This document shows positions 27,540 to 37,707 of a DNA stretch of 64,000 nt, in pieces. Where the stretch lies: the NCBI GenBank assembly GCA_945906305.1, contig CAMDQT010000003.1:98553-162552 (forward strand), written 5' to 3'. A model generated the notes under the pieces. That model was not told the origin of the DNA. It did no database searches and worked only from the letters and a program-made list of their open reading frames with translations. The translations under genes were made by a program, and so were the position numbers. The DNA is from Ferrithrix thermotolerans DSM 19514. Its GTDB lineage: Bacteria > Actinomycetota > Acidimicrobiia > Acidimicrobiales > CAIXPF01. The first letter of the stretch is position 1, and the number at the start of each line of letters is the position of its first letter.

Positions 27540-28565
27540 CTACTGCACGCCGTTGGTGTCGACGCGCTGCACCCGCCAACACCAACGCCACATCTCGTCT
27601 GAGGCGCTGTAGTTCACGTCGGCCTCGTTGAGGACGGAGTAGGGCAGGAACTCGCCCACGGCGAAGCGCACGGTGTGGCGTAGCAACCCCCGGAAGGTGC
27701 CTTCGTCGATGTCGAGTTGATGGGGGTTCGCCGCCACACCGCAGCAGTTGAGCAGGTCGACCGCCTCCTGGGGATCAACCGGGCCGCCGGCCGAAAGCCC
27801 GAACCACGATTGCAGGGCCGCCATGGCCACCGTACCCATACCGACCGTGGCGCCGTAGTACCCCAGGCGTCCGAGCCGGTGCTCGAAGGCCTGGGCGAAA
27901 GTGTGCTCTGACCCGTCCATCAAGCGGCGATGGCCACAGTCGGTGCTCGCGGCCCCCAACTCGGCCAACAGCGCCGCGAGTTCACGTAGGCCGTCAGCAC
28001 TACCCGAGCGGATGTCCGAACCGGCCGCGGCCAGCCGGTTGCGCAGTGAGGAACCCTGGTTCACCAGCCGCGGCGAGATAGGTAAGCCATGGCCCCGCGC
28101 ATCGGCCAAGGTCCAGTCCCATGTCGCGGACACGGTGGCCACGATCTCTGCCGCACCGGCCCGGTTGCGCATCGGGGGTGCCACCGTCAGCAGATCGAAG
28201 TCCAGCACCACCCGCGGCGAGATGTCGCCCACCCAGCTGACCTGGCGACGATGACGCCGGGCGACCTCAGTACTGAACGGGGCCAGGCCCCCCAATGCGG
28301 TGGGGATCACCACCACGTCCTTGCCCGTGCGTAGGGCCACGTACTTGGCCGCGTCCACGGCGGTCCCGCCACCGAAACCCACCACCGTGGTGGCGTCGGA
28401 GGTCCGTTCGGATTCGACGAGGGCATCGAGGGCGAGTTGTTCGAGACTGCTGACCAGAACCGGGTTGGGGACCGCAAGGCCTAAGGCCACGGCCGAGGCC
28501 GAGACGTAACAGGTGCTGTCGCGGTACGCCTGCAGGACCTCGGGTGCCGATGCCTCTTGCACCAT
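27540..28565 (-). CDS. Iron-containing alcohol dehydrogenase superfamily protein (glycerol / sn-glycerol-1-phosphate dehydrogenase-like)
   Basis: C-terminal 341 aa of ORF 27540..29423, starting at the ATG at 28565 (MVQEAS...). VVGFGGGTAVDAAKY and MDGSEHTFAQAFEH motifs. The upstream part of the ORF is antisense to the MFS gene and was discarded. Confidence 0.7.
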   Translation of the reverse strand: MVQEASAPEVLQAYRDSTCYVSASAVALGLAVPNPVLVSSLEQLALDALVESERTSDATTVVGFGGGTAVDAAKYVALRTGKDVVVIPTALGGLAPFSTEVARRHRRQVSWVGDISPRVVLDFDLLTVAPPMRNRAGAAEIVATVSATWDWTLADARGHGLPISPRLVNQGSSLRNRLAAAGSDIRSGSADGLRELAALLAELGAASTDCGHRRLMDGSEHTFAQAFEHRLGRLGYYGATVGMGTVAMAALQSWFGLSAGGPVDPQEAVDLLNCCGVAANPHQLDIDEGTFRGLLRHTVRFAVGEFLPYSVLNEADVNYSASDEMWRWCWRVQRVDTNGVQ

Positions 28566-28815
28566 CGCTGCTTCGACGACCACCGCGTTCTCCCCGTCGT
28601 GCCGGTCTCGTGGACTGTCCTGCTCGACGGTACCGCACCGGCATCGGCGCCGGTCCAACGACACCCCGCCGCGAGCTTGTGACCTATGTCTCGCCCGGTT
28701 TCGTGGCGATTGGGCCCTTGCCCGAGAGCGTGGCGGTAGGTTCCGAGGTTCTAGCGAATGTGGCAGGCCAGAGCGGATCCCCGCCGCGCGTGCCGTGCCG
28801 AGGGGGAATCTGCCC

Positions 28816-30447
28816 ATGACTGCCAACGCTGGAGCGGCCTCGTCGGGCGTGGTCGACTCGGCGCCGCCCCCGCTCGGGGCGCGTGAGAAGCGATTGGTGC
28901 TGGTGTCGCTGTGCCTGGCGCTGTCGATGGTCATGCTCGACGGCACGGTGGTGAATACGGCCTTGCCGACCATGCAGGCGTCCCTCGGTGCCAGCGTGTC
29001 GGGGTTGCAGTGGATCGTGGACGGGTATGTGCTCGCCTTGGCCAGCTTCATGCTGACTGGGGGCACCCTGGGCGACCGGTTCGGGCGTCGCTTCATGTTG
29101 ATCACTGGAATCGCCATCTTCACGGTGGGTTCGGTGCTGTGCGGGCTGGCACCGAGTGCGGGAGCGTTGGTCGCGTTTCGCATCGTGCAAGGCGTTGGCG
29201 CCGCGGCCCTGATGCCGGGCACGTTGTCGATCCTGTCCAACGTGTTCACCGTGCCGGCGGAACGGGCCCGGGCCATTGGCATTTGGGCTGGCGTGTCCGG
29301 TATCGCCCTGGCGTCGGGTCCGGTCATCGGCGGCCTGCTGGCGGACACGTTGGGCTGGCCGGCAATTTTCTTCCTGAACCTGCCGGTCGGTGTGGTGGCG
29401 ATTGTGGTGATTCGGCGGGTCACGCCCGAATCGAAAGATCCTCAGGGTCGCCGCCCTGATCTGGCCGGGGTGGCGTTGTCGGTGTTGACGCTGGGGCCGC
29501 TGACCTTCGCCCTGATCCAAGGCAATGATTCGGGCTGGAACTCGCCCCTCATCGCCGGCTCGCTGGCGCTCTCGGCGCTGTCGCTGGTCGCTTTGCTGTT
29601 GGTCGAGAGCCGTATCGAGCACCCGATGCTGCAGTTGCAGTTCTTCCGCAACCCCACCTACGCGGCGGCGGTGGCTAGCGGCGGTCTGGTGTCTTTCGCC
29701 TTGTTCGGGATGAACGTGTACTTCTCGCTGTTCTTCCAACGGGCGCAGGGCCACGGTGCCTTGGAGTCTGGGCTACGGATGTTGTCCATCTCTGCGGTCA
29801 TGACGGTCGTCATGCCCGTTGCCGGGAGACTGACCTCAACGTTCGGCTCGAAGCCGGTGATGATGGTGGGGATGAGCCTCGGCTCCGTCGGAATGTTCAG
29901 CTTGCTCACCGTGGAGCCCGACACCAGCTATCTCACCATCGGCCCGCGGATGCTGCTGGTAGGGGCGGGGATGGCGCTGTGTATGCCCTCGACCACCGCG
30001 GCGGTGATGAACTCTGTTCCTGTCGCCCGGGCCGGCATGGGTTCGGCCACGCTTAACACCGGCCGTCAGGTCGGCAGCGTCGTCGGCGTGGCGCTGCTCG
30101 GTGCGATGGTGTCTGCCGCGGTGGCGTCCTCAATGGCGGCGCAGCTGGCCGATCTTGCCCTCCCGGTGGCCGACCGCGCCGCGGTGAGCGAGGCCTTGGC
30201 CCGAGGCGGTGCGGGCCTGGCCGAGATTCTGCCGAACGGGTTCGACATAGCCACGGTGCGCAGCAGCTACGCGGTTGCCTTCACCGAGGGGATGCACCGG
30301 GCCTTGGCCGGTGCCGGCGTTGCCCTGTTGCTGGCTCTGGTGCTGGTGTCCTTTGTCGTTCGTCGCTCGGCCGGCCTCGCCGCCGGGGCGGGCGCCGCGG
30401 GCCCCGCGGCGCCGACCGACGCCCCGGTGGGCGGCCCGGCTCGTTGA
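28816..30447 (+). CDS. MFS transporter, DHA2 (EmrB/QacA-like, 14-TM) family
   Basis: ORF 28513..30447, trimmed to the ATG at 28816, which is preceded by AGGGGGAA. LDGTVVNTALPTMQ, GTLGDRFGRR, and many hydrophobic segments. Confidence 0.85.
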   Translation: MTANAGAASSGVVDSAPPPLGAREKRLVLVSLCLALSMVMLDGTVVNTALPTMQASLGASVSGLQWIVDGYVLALASFMLTGGTLGDRFGRRFMLITGIAIFTVGSVLCGLAPSAGALVAFRIVQGVGAAALMPGTLSILSNVFTVPAERARAIGIWAGVSGIALASGPVIGGLLADTLGWPAIFFLNLPVGVVAIVVIRRVTPESKDPQGRRPDLAGVALSVLTLGPLTFALIQGNDSGWNSPLIAGSLALSALSLVALLLVESRIEHPMLQLQFFRNPTYAAAVASGGLVSFALFGMNVYFSLFFQRAQGHGALESGLRMLSISAVMTVVMPVAGRLTSTFGSKPVMMVGMSLGSVGMFSLLTVEPDTSYLTIGPRMLLVGAGMALCMPSTTAAVMNSVPVARAGMGSATLNTGRQVGSVVGVALLGAMVSAAVASSMAAQLADLALPVADRAAVSEALARGGAGLAEILPNGFDIATVRSSYAVAFTEGMHRALAGAGVALLLALVLVSFVVRRSAGLAAGAGAAGPAAPTDAPVGGPAR

Positions 30448-30457
30448 GCGATGCGGG

Positions 30458-31018
30458 TCAGCTGGCCCCAACCACCACGGTGGCCCGCCGGCGCACCGTG
30501 TCGAGGAGCTGTTGGTGGCCTGCCGGGCTGGTCCAGGATCCCGCCAACCAGAAGCGGTTGAACTGGCGGTGGGTGCGCACGTCAGTGGCGGCGAGCCGGG
30601 TCTCCACCGAGATCATCGCCCCCCGATCCAGTGGCTGGGCCCGCAGGCTGAACGCCGCTTTGGCGTAGCCGGGCTCGGCAAAGGCCACGAAGGACGCTTG
30701 ACCATCGAGTGGCACCGCGGTGGTGCTACCACCGCGCCAGAACTGCCCGATCTGGCCCAGCACCAGCTCGCGGTGAGGCTCCGCGTCGAGGAGGACGAAA
30801 CCTTGGTCCAGCAGATCGGCGACCATGGTGACTCCACGACGGTCCCCACTGGCCGGGCGGCCTGGCCGTTTGGCCGTGGCGGGTAGCTCGGCCAGCGTCA
30901 CCTGCTCGAACGCCACGAGGAGCTCAGCCGCGTCGGCATCGGCCCAGGCCGTGGCCCGTGTGCGCCAGTGCCACTGGGCCAGCACCGTATCGAGGCGTGT
31001 GGCGCCAGCCGTGGCCAT
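30458..31018 (-). CDS. Hypothetical protein (186 aa)
   Basis: The ORF fills the gap between convergent/adjacent genes. I recognise no motif with confidence; an SRPBCC-like fold is only a guess. Confidence 0.45.
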   Translation of the reverse strand: MATAGATRLDTVLAQWHWRTRATAWADADAAELLVAFEQVTLAELPATAKRPGRPASGDRRGVTMVADLLDQGFVLLDAEPHRELVLGQIGQFWRGGSTTAVPLDGQASFVAFAEPGYAKAAFSLRAQPLDRGAMISVETRLAATDVRTHRQFNRFWLAGSWTSPAGHQQLLDTVRRRATVVVGAS

Positions 31019-31073
31019 TGGCTCACGCTAGCGGCAGGGCCACGGCCGCCGCGACGGCGAACGCGGCAACCCC

Positions 31074-33125
31074 TCAGCCCAGGGCGCGCGACGCCTCCTC
31101 CAGCGCCAGCTGCGCCTCGGTCCAGCGGTCCATGAGTTTGGATGCCTTGTCCTTGGCCTCGTTGTGGCCTTCGACGAGGTCTTTGACCTTGCTCGCATCG
31201 GCGTAGAGCTCGGGGTCGCCCAGCATGCGCTGGAGGTCTGCGACGTCGGCTTCGGCCTTCATGAGCTGTCGCTCGATCTTGTCGACCTCGCTGCGCAGGT
31301 CTTTGGTGGCGCGATGTTTGCGCTGGCGGTGCTCGGCCTCGCTGCGCTTGTCCTCGCTGCGCGTGGCCGGGGTCGACGTCGGCTGCGGTGTGGGTTGGGC
31401 CCGGTTGCCCTTGGGCTGGGCTTTGCCCGCTGCCGTTCGTGCCTCTGGCCCGCTACGTCCGCCCGGCCCGCCGCGGGAGACCGGACCGCTGCGGCCGAAG
31501 GTCGATCCGACCGACGGGGTGGCCGAGGGTGACAACACGGCCTCTTCGACGCCGTCGTAGCGGACGACCTTGCCGTTGCGCACCGCTACCAGGGACTGGG
31601 CCACCTCGCGGATGAGGTAGCGATCGTGGCTGACCAGGACCACCGTGCCTGGATAGGCACCGAGGGCGTCTTGGAGGACGTCGCAACTTTGCAGGTCGAG
31701 ATGGTTGGTGGGCTCGTCGAGGACCAGCAGGTTGACCGGGTTGACCATGATCTTGGCCAGGGCCAGCCGGGTGCGCTCGCCGCCGGACAACTCGCCAATG
31801 CGTCGGTCGGCGGCGTCGCCGGGAAATCCGAAACTGCCGAGCACGGTGCGGATGTTGCGGCCTCTCGGCCGGTCACCCACGGCCTTTTGGAACTCCATGG
31901 CCACCGTCAGCTGGTCATCGAGAATCTGGGCCTGTTCCTGGGCGAAGTAGGCGACATCGACGTTGGTGCCCAGGGTGAACTCACCCGCCAGCGGTTGGAG
32001 TTGGTTGAGCAGCAGCCGGATGAGGGTGGTTTTCCCGGCACCGTTGGGTCCGACCAAGGCCAGCTTCTCACCCCGCTCGATGACCAGGTCGATCCCGCTG
32101 AGGATGGCTCGACCTTCGTAGCCCACGGCGACATCGTGCAGTTCGGCCACGACCCGCGAGCTGCGTTGCGGCTCGGGAAAGGAGAAACGGGCGGCGATCT
32201 CCTTACGGTCGGGCAACTCGATGCGGTCGAGCCGTTCGAGGGTCTTGATGCGACTCTGTACTTGGCGGGCCTTGGTGGCCTTGTAGCGGAAACGTTCCAC
32301 GAAACGTTCGACCTGGGCGATCTGGCGTTGCTGTGCGGCAGCCGTGGCCCGCAACTGGGCGAGACGGTCCTCTCGTTGCACTACGAACTCGGCGAAGCCG
32401 CCGACATATTCGATCGCGGTGCCCTCGGACAGCTCGAGGACCCGTTCGGCCACGGCGTCGATGAAATCGCGGTCGTGGGACACGAAGAGGATGGCCCCGC
32501 TGTAGGCGGCGAGGGTGGCTTCCAGCCAGGCAACGGAGTCGGTGTCGAGGTGGTTGGTGGGCTCGTCGAGGACGAGCACGTCGGGCTTGTCGAGCATCAG
32601 GCGGGCCAGCGCGGCGCGCATCTGCCAGCCACCGGAGAGTTCGCGCAACGGCTGGTTGACCGACTCGTCGGTGAACGCCAGACCGGCCAGGATGCGTCGA
32701 GCCTCGGCCTCGAGGGCATAGCCCCCGAGTTGCTCGAAACGGCTCTGGGCGTTGCCATAGTCGCGCAGCGCCCGGTCGTGCTCGTCGCCGCTGGTCTCTG
32801 CGAGCAGATGTTGCAGGTGTTGCAGCTGCATTTCGAGTTCGTGGATTGGCCCGGCGCCCGCTAGAACCGATGCCAGCACGGTTTCGCGGGGGTCCGCGGT
32901 GCCGACCGCCTCCTGGGGGAGGTAGCCGACCCTGGTTTCCTTGCCACGATGGATCTCGCCCCCGTCAGCGTCTTGCAGCCCGAGCACGATTTCGAGCAAG
33001 GTCGTCTTGCCCTTGCCATTGCCTCCGACCAGCGCGATACGTCGGCCGGGCAGGAGTCGGAACGTGACGTCCCGGAAGAGTTGCTTGCTGCCATGCGCTT
33101 TGGACAGCCCCGAGACAGTGATCAC
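31074..33125 (-). CDS. ABC-F family ATPase (two ABC cassettes, no TM domain) with C-terminal coiled coil
   Basis: 683 aa. Walker A GGNGKGKTT and GPNGAGKTT. Signatures LSGGWQMR and LSGGERTR. LVLDEPTNHLD occurs twice. Basic low-complexity linker, then a coiled-coil tail. Confidence 0.9.
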   Translation of the reverse strand: MITVSGLSKAHGSKQLFRDVTFRLLPGRRIALVGGNGKGKTTLLEIVLGLQDADGGEIHRGKETRVGYLPQEAVGTADPRETVLASVLAGAGPIHELEMQLQHLQHLLAETSGDEHDRALRDYGNAQSRFEQLGGYALEAEARRILAGLAFTDESVNQPLRELSGGWQMRAALARLMLDKPDVLVLDEPTNHLDTDSVAWLEATLAAYSGAILFVSHDRDFIDAVAERVLELSEGTAIEYVGGFAEFVVQREDRLAQLRATAAAQQRQIAQVERFVERFRYKATKARQVQSRIKTLERLDRIELPDRKEIAARFSFPEPQRSSRVVAELHDVAVGYEGRAILSGIDLVIERGEKLALVGPNGAGKTTLIRLLLNQLQPLAGEFTLGTNVDVAYFAQEQAQILDDQLTVAMEFQKAVGDRPRGRNIRTVLGSFGFPGDAADRRIGELSGGERTRLALAKIMVNPVNLLVLDEPTNHLDLQSCDVLQDALGAYPGTVVLVSHDRYLIREVAQSLVAVRNGKVVRYDGVEEAVLSPSATPSVGSTFGRSGPVSRGGPGGRSGPEARTAAGKAQPKGNRAQPTPQPTSTPATRSEDKRSEAEHRQRKHRATKDLRSEVDKIERQLMKAEADVADLQRMLGDPELYADASKVKDLVEGHNEAKDKASKLMDRWTEAQLALEEASRALG

Positions 33126-33194
33126 GAGCGTTCAATGCTACCGGGCAGCATCGCATCAACCCGCACTCGAGTCGTCGTGCGCTTCATCTTCCTC

Positions 33195-33959
33195 TCAGCG
33201 AGGGATCCAGTCGGGGTCGCGCCGCTCCCGGAAGGAGGCGATGCCCTCGGCGCCTTCCTCGGACGCGAACAAGGCGGCGGAGAACGGTTGGGCCCACTCG
33301 AAGGCGGCCCGCCGGTCGGTGAACTCGGGAACTCGGCGCAGCAGCGACTTGGAGGCAGCGAGCGCATTCGGCCCGCCGCGCAGGACCATGGCGATGATCT
33401 CGTCCACCTTGGCGTCGAGTTGCTCGGCTGGTACGGCGTAGTTGACCAGGCCGACCTCCGCCGCCCGTGCTGCGGAGACCCGCTCTCCGGTGAGGAACAG
33501 TTCCATGGCATCGGAACGGCGCATTTTTGGCAGGCAGACCACCGAGATGACCGCGGGGGCGACGCCGATGCGCACCTCCGAAAAGCCGAGCTGCGCGGTA
33601 TCGACCATGACGGAGATATCACAGGCCGCGGCCAGGCCCACACCGCCGGCCACGGCGTGACCGGCGATGCGTCCGATGACCGGCTTGGGGCTGTCGAGGA
33701 TGAGGTCGAACACGTCCAGGAAGGATCGCGCCTGACTCTGCGCCTGACCGGGGGCCGCCGCTTTGAGGTCGGCCCCGGCGCAGAAAGTGTTGCCGGTGTT
33801 GGTGATGACCACCACTCGTATGGCGGGGTCATTCAATGCCGACTCCAGGGTGGTGGCGAGCGCATCGACCAATTCGACGGACAATGCGTTGCGGGCCTCG
33901 GGGCGGTTGAGGGTGATGGTGGCGACGCCGCGGGAGATGTCGAGCAGGGTTGCGGTCAT
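33195..33959 (-). CDS. Enoyl-CoA hydratase/isomerase (crotonase) family protein
   Basis: ORF 33195..34013, trimmed to the ATG at 33959 (MTATLLDISRGVATITLNRPEARNALS). FCAGADLK and GHAVAGG. Confidence 0.85.
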   Translation of the reverse strand: MTATLLDISRGVATITLNRPEARNALSVELVDALATTLESALNDPAIRVVVITNTGNTFCAGADLKAAAPGQAQSQARSFLDVFDLILDSPKPVIGRIAGHAVAGGVGLAAACDISVMVDTAQLGFSEVRIGVAPAVISVVCLPKMRRSDAMELFLTGERVSAARAAEVGLVNYAVPAEQLDAKVDEIIAMVLRGGPNALAASKSLLRRVPEFTDRRAAFEWAQPFSAALFASEEGAEGIASFRERRDPDWIPR

Positions 33960-34120
33960 GGCCGCAGGGTAGCTGCCCGTTGCAGGGGTGGCCGCCGGGC
34001 GGCATGGCAACACCGAGGCGCGGGCTGCCGAGGAGGGTCAGTGCCTAAAAAGATCACTCATGGCGTTACCCTGAATGCATAGCGAGAAGGTTCGACGGTC
34101 AGCGTGACGACAAGGGATGA

Positions 34121-35761
34121 TTGATGCGGCGAGTCGGGTTTGGCAGCGGGTTGGTCGTCGGGCTGGTTGCGGTGGTGTTGCTCGCCACCGCCTGCGGTGG
34201 GTCCAGCGGGAGTGCGGGCGATGCCCTTGTCGATCTCAGCACGTTCATCGGCGGGCCGGCCGAGCACCTCGATCCTGCGCTGGACACGAGCACGACGGGG
34301 CTGGTCGGCGCGCTCTACGACGGGCTCACCGACCTTGACTATTCCGACCCAGCTCATCCGCTGGTGAAGCCGCTGCTGGCGGAGAGCTTTCAGGCCAACG
34401 CCGACGCCAGCGAATGGACGTTCAAAATTCGTAAGGACATGACCTTCTCCAACGGAGAGCAGATCAAGCCGTCATCGTTCGTTCGGGCATGGGAACGGGC
34501 ATCGGACCCCGACTTCGCGGGTAACTACAGCTATCTGTTCAACTTCATCGAGGGCGGAAAGGCCAAGCTCGACGGCGCGGCCACCAGCCTGGCGGGCGTC
34601 GAGGGCGACGATGATTCGATGACGCTGCGCGTCAAGCTGTCTGCGCCCTACTCCAACTTTGCCACCGTCGCCGGCTTCCAGCTCTTCGCGCCCATGCCGT
34701 CGGCGGTGGACAAGCTCAAGGACCAGGCCGACTGGGAAAACGGGCTGATGATCGGCAACGGCCCCTACAAGCTCGCGTCGCCGCGTACCGACGCGGAGGT
34801 CGTGCTGATCCGCAATGACAAATGGGCCGGCGACGTGAACGGCAACAAGTGGCCGGATCGCGTCTCGAAGATCACCTTCCGGGTGAGCGCTGATCCTGAT
34901 ACTGCCTACAACGCCTTCGAGGCGGGTGAGGGCGACATGACCGCCATCCCACCGGGGCGGACCAAGGATGCGGAAAAGAACTACGCCACCACCAGCCATG
35001 TTGACATCGCCGGCGTCTATTACTTCGCCGTCAACCAGGAGGACCCGGTGGTGGGCGGCCCCAAGAACGTCTTGCTGCGCCGGGCCATCTCCCAGGCCAT
35101 CGATCGTGGGGCCATCAACGAAGCCATCTACGACGGCAACCGGGCCGATGCCACCGGGGTGACCCCTGCGGGCATCCCGGGCCACAAACCGAAGCTCTGC
35201 ACATTCTGCGCATTGGACAGGGCCGCGGCCAAGCTGGCCTTCGACCAGTGGAAGGCGGCGGGCAACACGCTCCGGACACCGCTCAAAATCCAGTTCAATG
35301 CCGGTGCCGGCCATGAAGAACTCGTGCAGATGATCGTCGACAACCTCAAGGCCATCGGTATCGAGGCCGAGGCCGAATCTCGACCCGGCGAGACCTATTT
35401 CAGTGAGGTCGCGCAGGGCAAGTGCCAAATCTGCCGCTCGGGCTGGTTCGCCGATTACCCGGCCTACGACAACTTCATGTTCGACCTCTTCCACTCCGAC
35501 TCCATCGGTGGGAACAACGAAGGCCGCTACCACAACGCGGCGTTCGACGGTTTGGTCGACGAGGCCAAGCGAACCGTCGATCCGGCCCGGCAGGCCGGTC
35601 TATTCCAACAGGCCGAGGAACTGCTCCTCAACACCGACATGGCGGCGATCCCGATCAACTTCTACAAGGGCGGCGAGGTCTACAACCCGAAGAAGATCGC
35701 GTCGTTGCCCATCGACGGCCTCGGTAAGGTCGCCTGGGAACAGGTGAAGCTCAGGGGCTGA
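34121..35761 (+). CDS. ABC transporter substrate-binding lipoprotein, family 5 (peptide/nickel, DppA/OppA-like)
   Basis: 546 aa. Lipobox LLATACGG. Overall family-5 SBP pattern. First gene of the five-gene importer. Confidence 0.9.
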   Translation: MMRRVGFGSGLVVGLVAVVLLATACGGSSGSAGDALVDLSTFIGGPAEHLDPALDTSTTGLVGALYDGLTDLDYSDPAHPLVKPLLAESFQANADASEWTFKIRKDMTFSNGEQIKPSSFVRAWERASDPDFAGNYSYLFNFIEGGKAKLDGAATSLAGVEGDDDSMTLRVKLSAPYSNFATVAGFQLFAPMPSAVDKLKDQADWENGLMIGNGPYKLASPRTDAEVVLIRNDKWAGDVNGNKWPDRVSKITFRVSADPDTAYNAFEAGEGDMTAIPPGRTKDAEKNYATTSHVDIAGVYYFAVNQEDPVVGGPKNVLLRRAISQAIDRGAINEAIYDGNRADATGVTPAGIPGHKPKLCTFCALDRAAAKLAFDQWKAAGNTLRTPLKIQFNAGAGHEELVQMIVDNLKAIGIEAEAESRPGETYFSEVAQGKCQICRSGWFADYPAYDNFMFDLFHSDSIGGNNEGRYHNAAFDGLVDEAKRTVDPARQAGLFQQAEELLLNTDMAAIPINFYKGGEVYNPKKIASLPIDGLGKVAWEQVKLRG

Positions 35762-35827
35762 CCGCTCGGCCCGCCACCAACCAGGGACCGAGTTCCGCTC
35801 TAGCGGACCTCTCGGGGGTGACCGCAT

Positions 35828-36835
35828 TTGTTCCGTTACATCGTCCGCCGGATCCTGCTCATCATCCCGACGATCTTTCTCGCGCTGTCCTTTCTGTTCG
35901 CGTTGTTCTTCGTTCTTCCCGGTGATCCCGCCACGCTGATGGCGGGCGGTGCCAACCGCATCGTGGACCCGGGGGTGGTCGAAAGAATCAACGAGCGTTA
36001 CGGGTTAGACGATCCGCTCCTCGTGCAGTTCGGCGACTACTGGAAGCGCACCCTGCAGTGGGACCTCGGCGAATCGTTTCAGAATCGCCGCAGCGTGAAC
36101 GACATTCTCGGGGACAAGGCCGTGAACAGCGTCCGCCTCGCGATCTGGGCGACGCTCATCGAGGTCGTCTTCGGGATCTCTATTGGGCTGCTTTCGGCGA
36201 TGCGTCGCTACAGCATCTCGGACAAGCTGACCACGGTGGTCACCGCGGTGGCGTCTGCGGTGCCGGTATTCGTGCTCGGTTTCCTGTTGCAGTACGCCTT
36301 CGCGGTACAGCCCCACAAACATGGCTGGCCCGATTGGATGCGTTTGCGGACCCAGGGCATCGGCCCGAACACGTGGACGCTGTTCTTCATCCCCACGGGC
36401 CAGACCTGGCGGTATCTCGTGTTGCCAGCCGTGGTGCTCGCGGCGGGTTCCACCGCACTCGCGGCCCGGATGACGCGAGGTTCGATGTTGGAGGTCCTCG
36501 GCGCGGACTACATGCGCACCGCGCGGGCCAAGGGGCTCGACGGACACCAGGCGGTATGGCATCACGGTCTGCGCAACGCCATGTTGCCGGTGGTGACCCT
36601 GATCGGCATCGACTTCGGCTTGGTGATCGGCGCCGCGGTGCTCACCGAGAAAACCTTCTCGTGGCCTGGCCTGGGCTCGGAAATCGCCGATTCGGTTATC
36701 AGTCGAGACCTTCCGGTCACGATGGGCTTGACGTTGGTGGTGGTCCTGGCCTTCACCGTGGTCAACCTGGTGGTCGATGTGTCCTATGCCTGGCTCGACC
36801 CGCGAATCCGCCTGGGCCAGGACCGCAACTCATGA
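35828..36835 (+). CDS. Peptide ABC transporter permease (DppB/OppB-like)
   Basis: 335 aa. MFRYIVRRILLIIPT..., YMRTARAKGL, and 6 hydrophobic segments. Confidence 0.9.
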   Translation: MFRYIVRRILLIIPTIFLALSFLFALFFVLPGDPATLMAGGANRIVDPGVVERINERYGLDDPLLVQFGDYWKRTLQWDLGESFQNRRSVNDILGDKAVNSVRLAIWATLIEVVFGISIGLLSAMRRYSISDKLTTVVTAVASAVPVFVLGFLLQYAFAVQPHKHGWPDWMRLRTQGIGPNTWTLFFIPTGQTWRYLVLPAVVLAAGSTALAARMTRGSMLEVLGADYMRTARAKGLDGHQAVWHHGLRNAMLPVVTLIGIDFGLVIGAAVLTEKTFSWPGLGSEIADSVISRDLPVTMGLTLVVVLAFTVVNLVVDVSYAWLDPRIRLGQDRNS

Positions 36836-37707
36836 GCTGGCCCGAAGACTTGGGGTCCGTGCACGCAGTGCGGCCGTTATGGGCTAGCGCATGGCGGCGC
36901 TTCCGGCGCAACAAGATGGCCATGGCGGGCCTGGCCTTCCTGGTGGCGCTGGTAGTCGCGGCGGTCCTGGCTCCGTGGATAACCCGCTACGGCCCCACTG
37001 AAGGTATCGAAGGGGCCTACCGACAGCCGCCGAGCTGGGCCCATCCCTTTGGCACGGACAAGATCGGCCGGGACGTTTTCAGCCGGGTCGTCTACGGAGC
37101 CCGTGTCTCGTTACGCATCGGTTTCGCCTCAACGGTCATCTCGGTGGTGATCGGCTTGTTGTTCGGCGCGGTGGCGGGCTTCTTCGGTGGTCTCGTCGAC
37201 ACCCTCATCATGCGCCTGACCGACGTGTTTCTGGCCATCCCCTACATCGTGCTAGCCATCGCTATCGCCGCGGTGGCCGGCCGGAGTGAGCATTCGATCA
37301 TCGTGGTTTTGGGCCTCACCGGGTGGTTGGGTCTCGCCCGCATCGTGCGAGCCAGCTTTCTGTCGCTCAAACAGCTTGAGTACGTCGAAGCCGCCCGCGC
37401 CATGGGCTACAGCCGGGCGCGCATCATGTTCCGCCACATCCTGCCCAACGCCGGCCAGCCGGTGATCGTGTACTCCACGGTCCTCATCGGTGGGGTGATC
37501 CTGTCCGAGGCGGCGCTGTCCTACCTCGGGGTGGGACCCCAGGCGCCCACGCCGGCCTGGGGTCTGATGGTGTCGGAGGGCAAAGGCGACCTCGCCCGCT
37601 CGGCGCACCTGCTGCTGTTGCCCGGTGGGGCGATTTGTCTCACCGTGTTGGCCTTCATGTTGGTGGGCGACGGTTTGCGCGACGCATTGGATCCGAAGCT
37701 CATTTGA
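36832..37707 (+). CDS. Peptide ABC transporter permease (DppC/OppC-like)
   Basis: Last 291 aa of ORF 36058..37707, from the ATG at 36832 (ATGA overlap with the upstream stop). YVEAARAMGYSRARIMFRHILPN. Confidence 0.9.
   Translation: MSWPEDLGSVHAVRPLWASAWRRFRRNKMAMAGLAFLVALVVAAVLAPWITRYGPTEGIEGAYRQPPSWAHPFGTDKIGRDVFSRVVYGARVSLRIGFASTVISVVIGLLFGAVAGFFGGLVDTLIMRLTDVFLAIPYIVLAIAIAAVAGRSEHSIIVVLGLTGWLGLARIVRASFLSLKQLEYVEAARAMGYSRARIMFRHILPNAGQPVIVYSTVLIGGVILSEAALSYLGVGPQAPTPAWGLMVSEGKGDLARSAHLLLLPGGAICLTVLAFMLVGDGLRDALDPKLI

Noticed and set aside
28566-29423. N-terminal 286 aa of the 627-aa minus-strand ORF 27540..29423
   Set aside because: This part is antisense to the well-supported DHA2 MFS transporter and is Arg/Pro/Ala-rich. 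The dehydrogenase-like sequence only begins at the ATG at 28565, so the gene was truncated to 27540..28565.
36058-36831. First 258 aa of ORF 36058..37707
   Set aside because: It overlaps the DppB-like permease in another frame and is Arg/Gly-rich. The DppC-like permease clearly begins at the ATG at 36832, coupled to the upstream stop.
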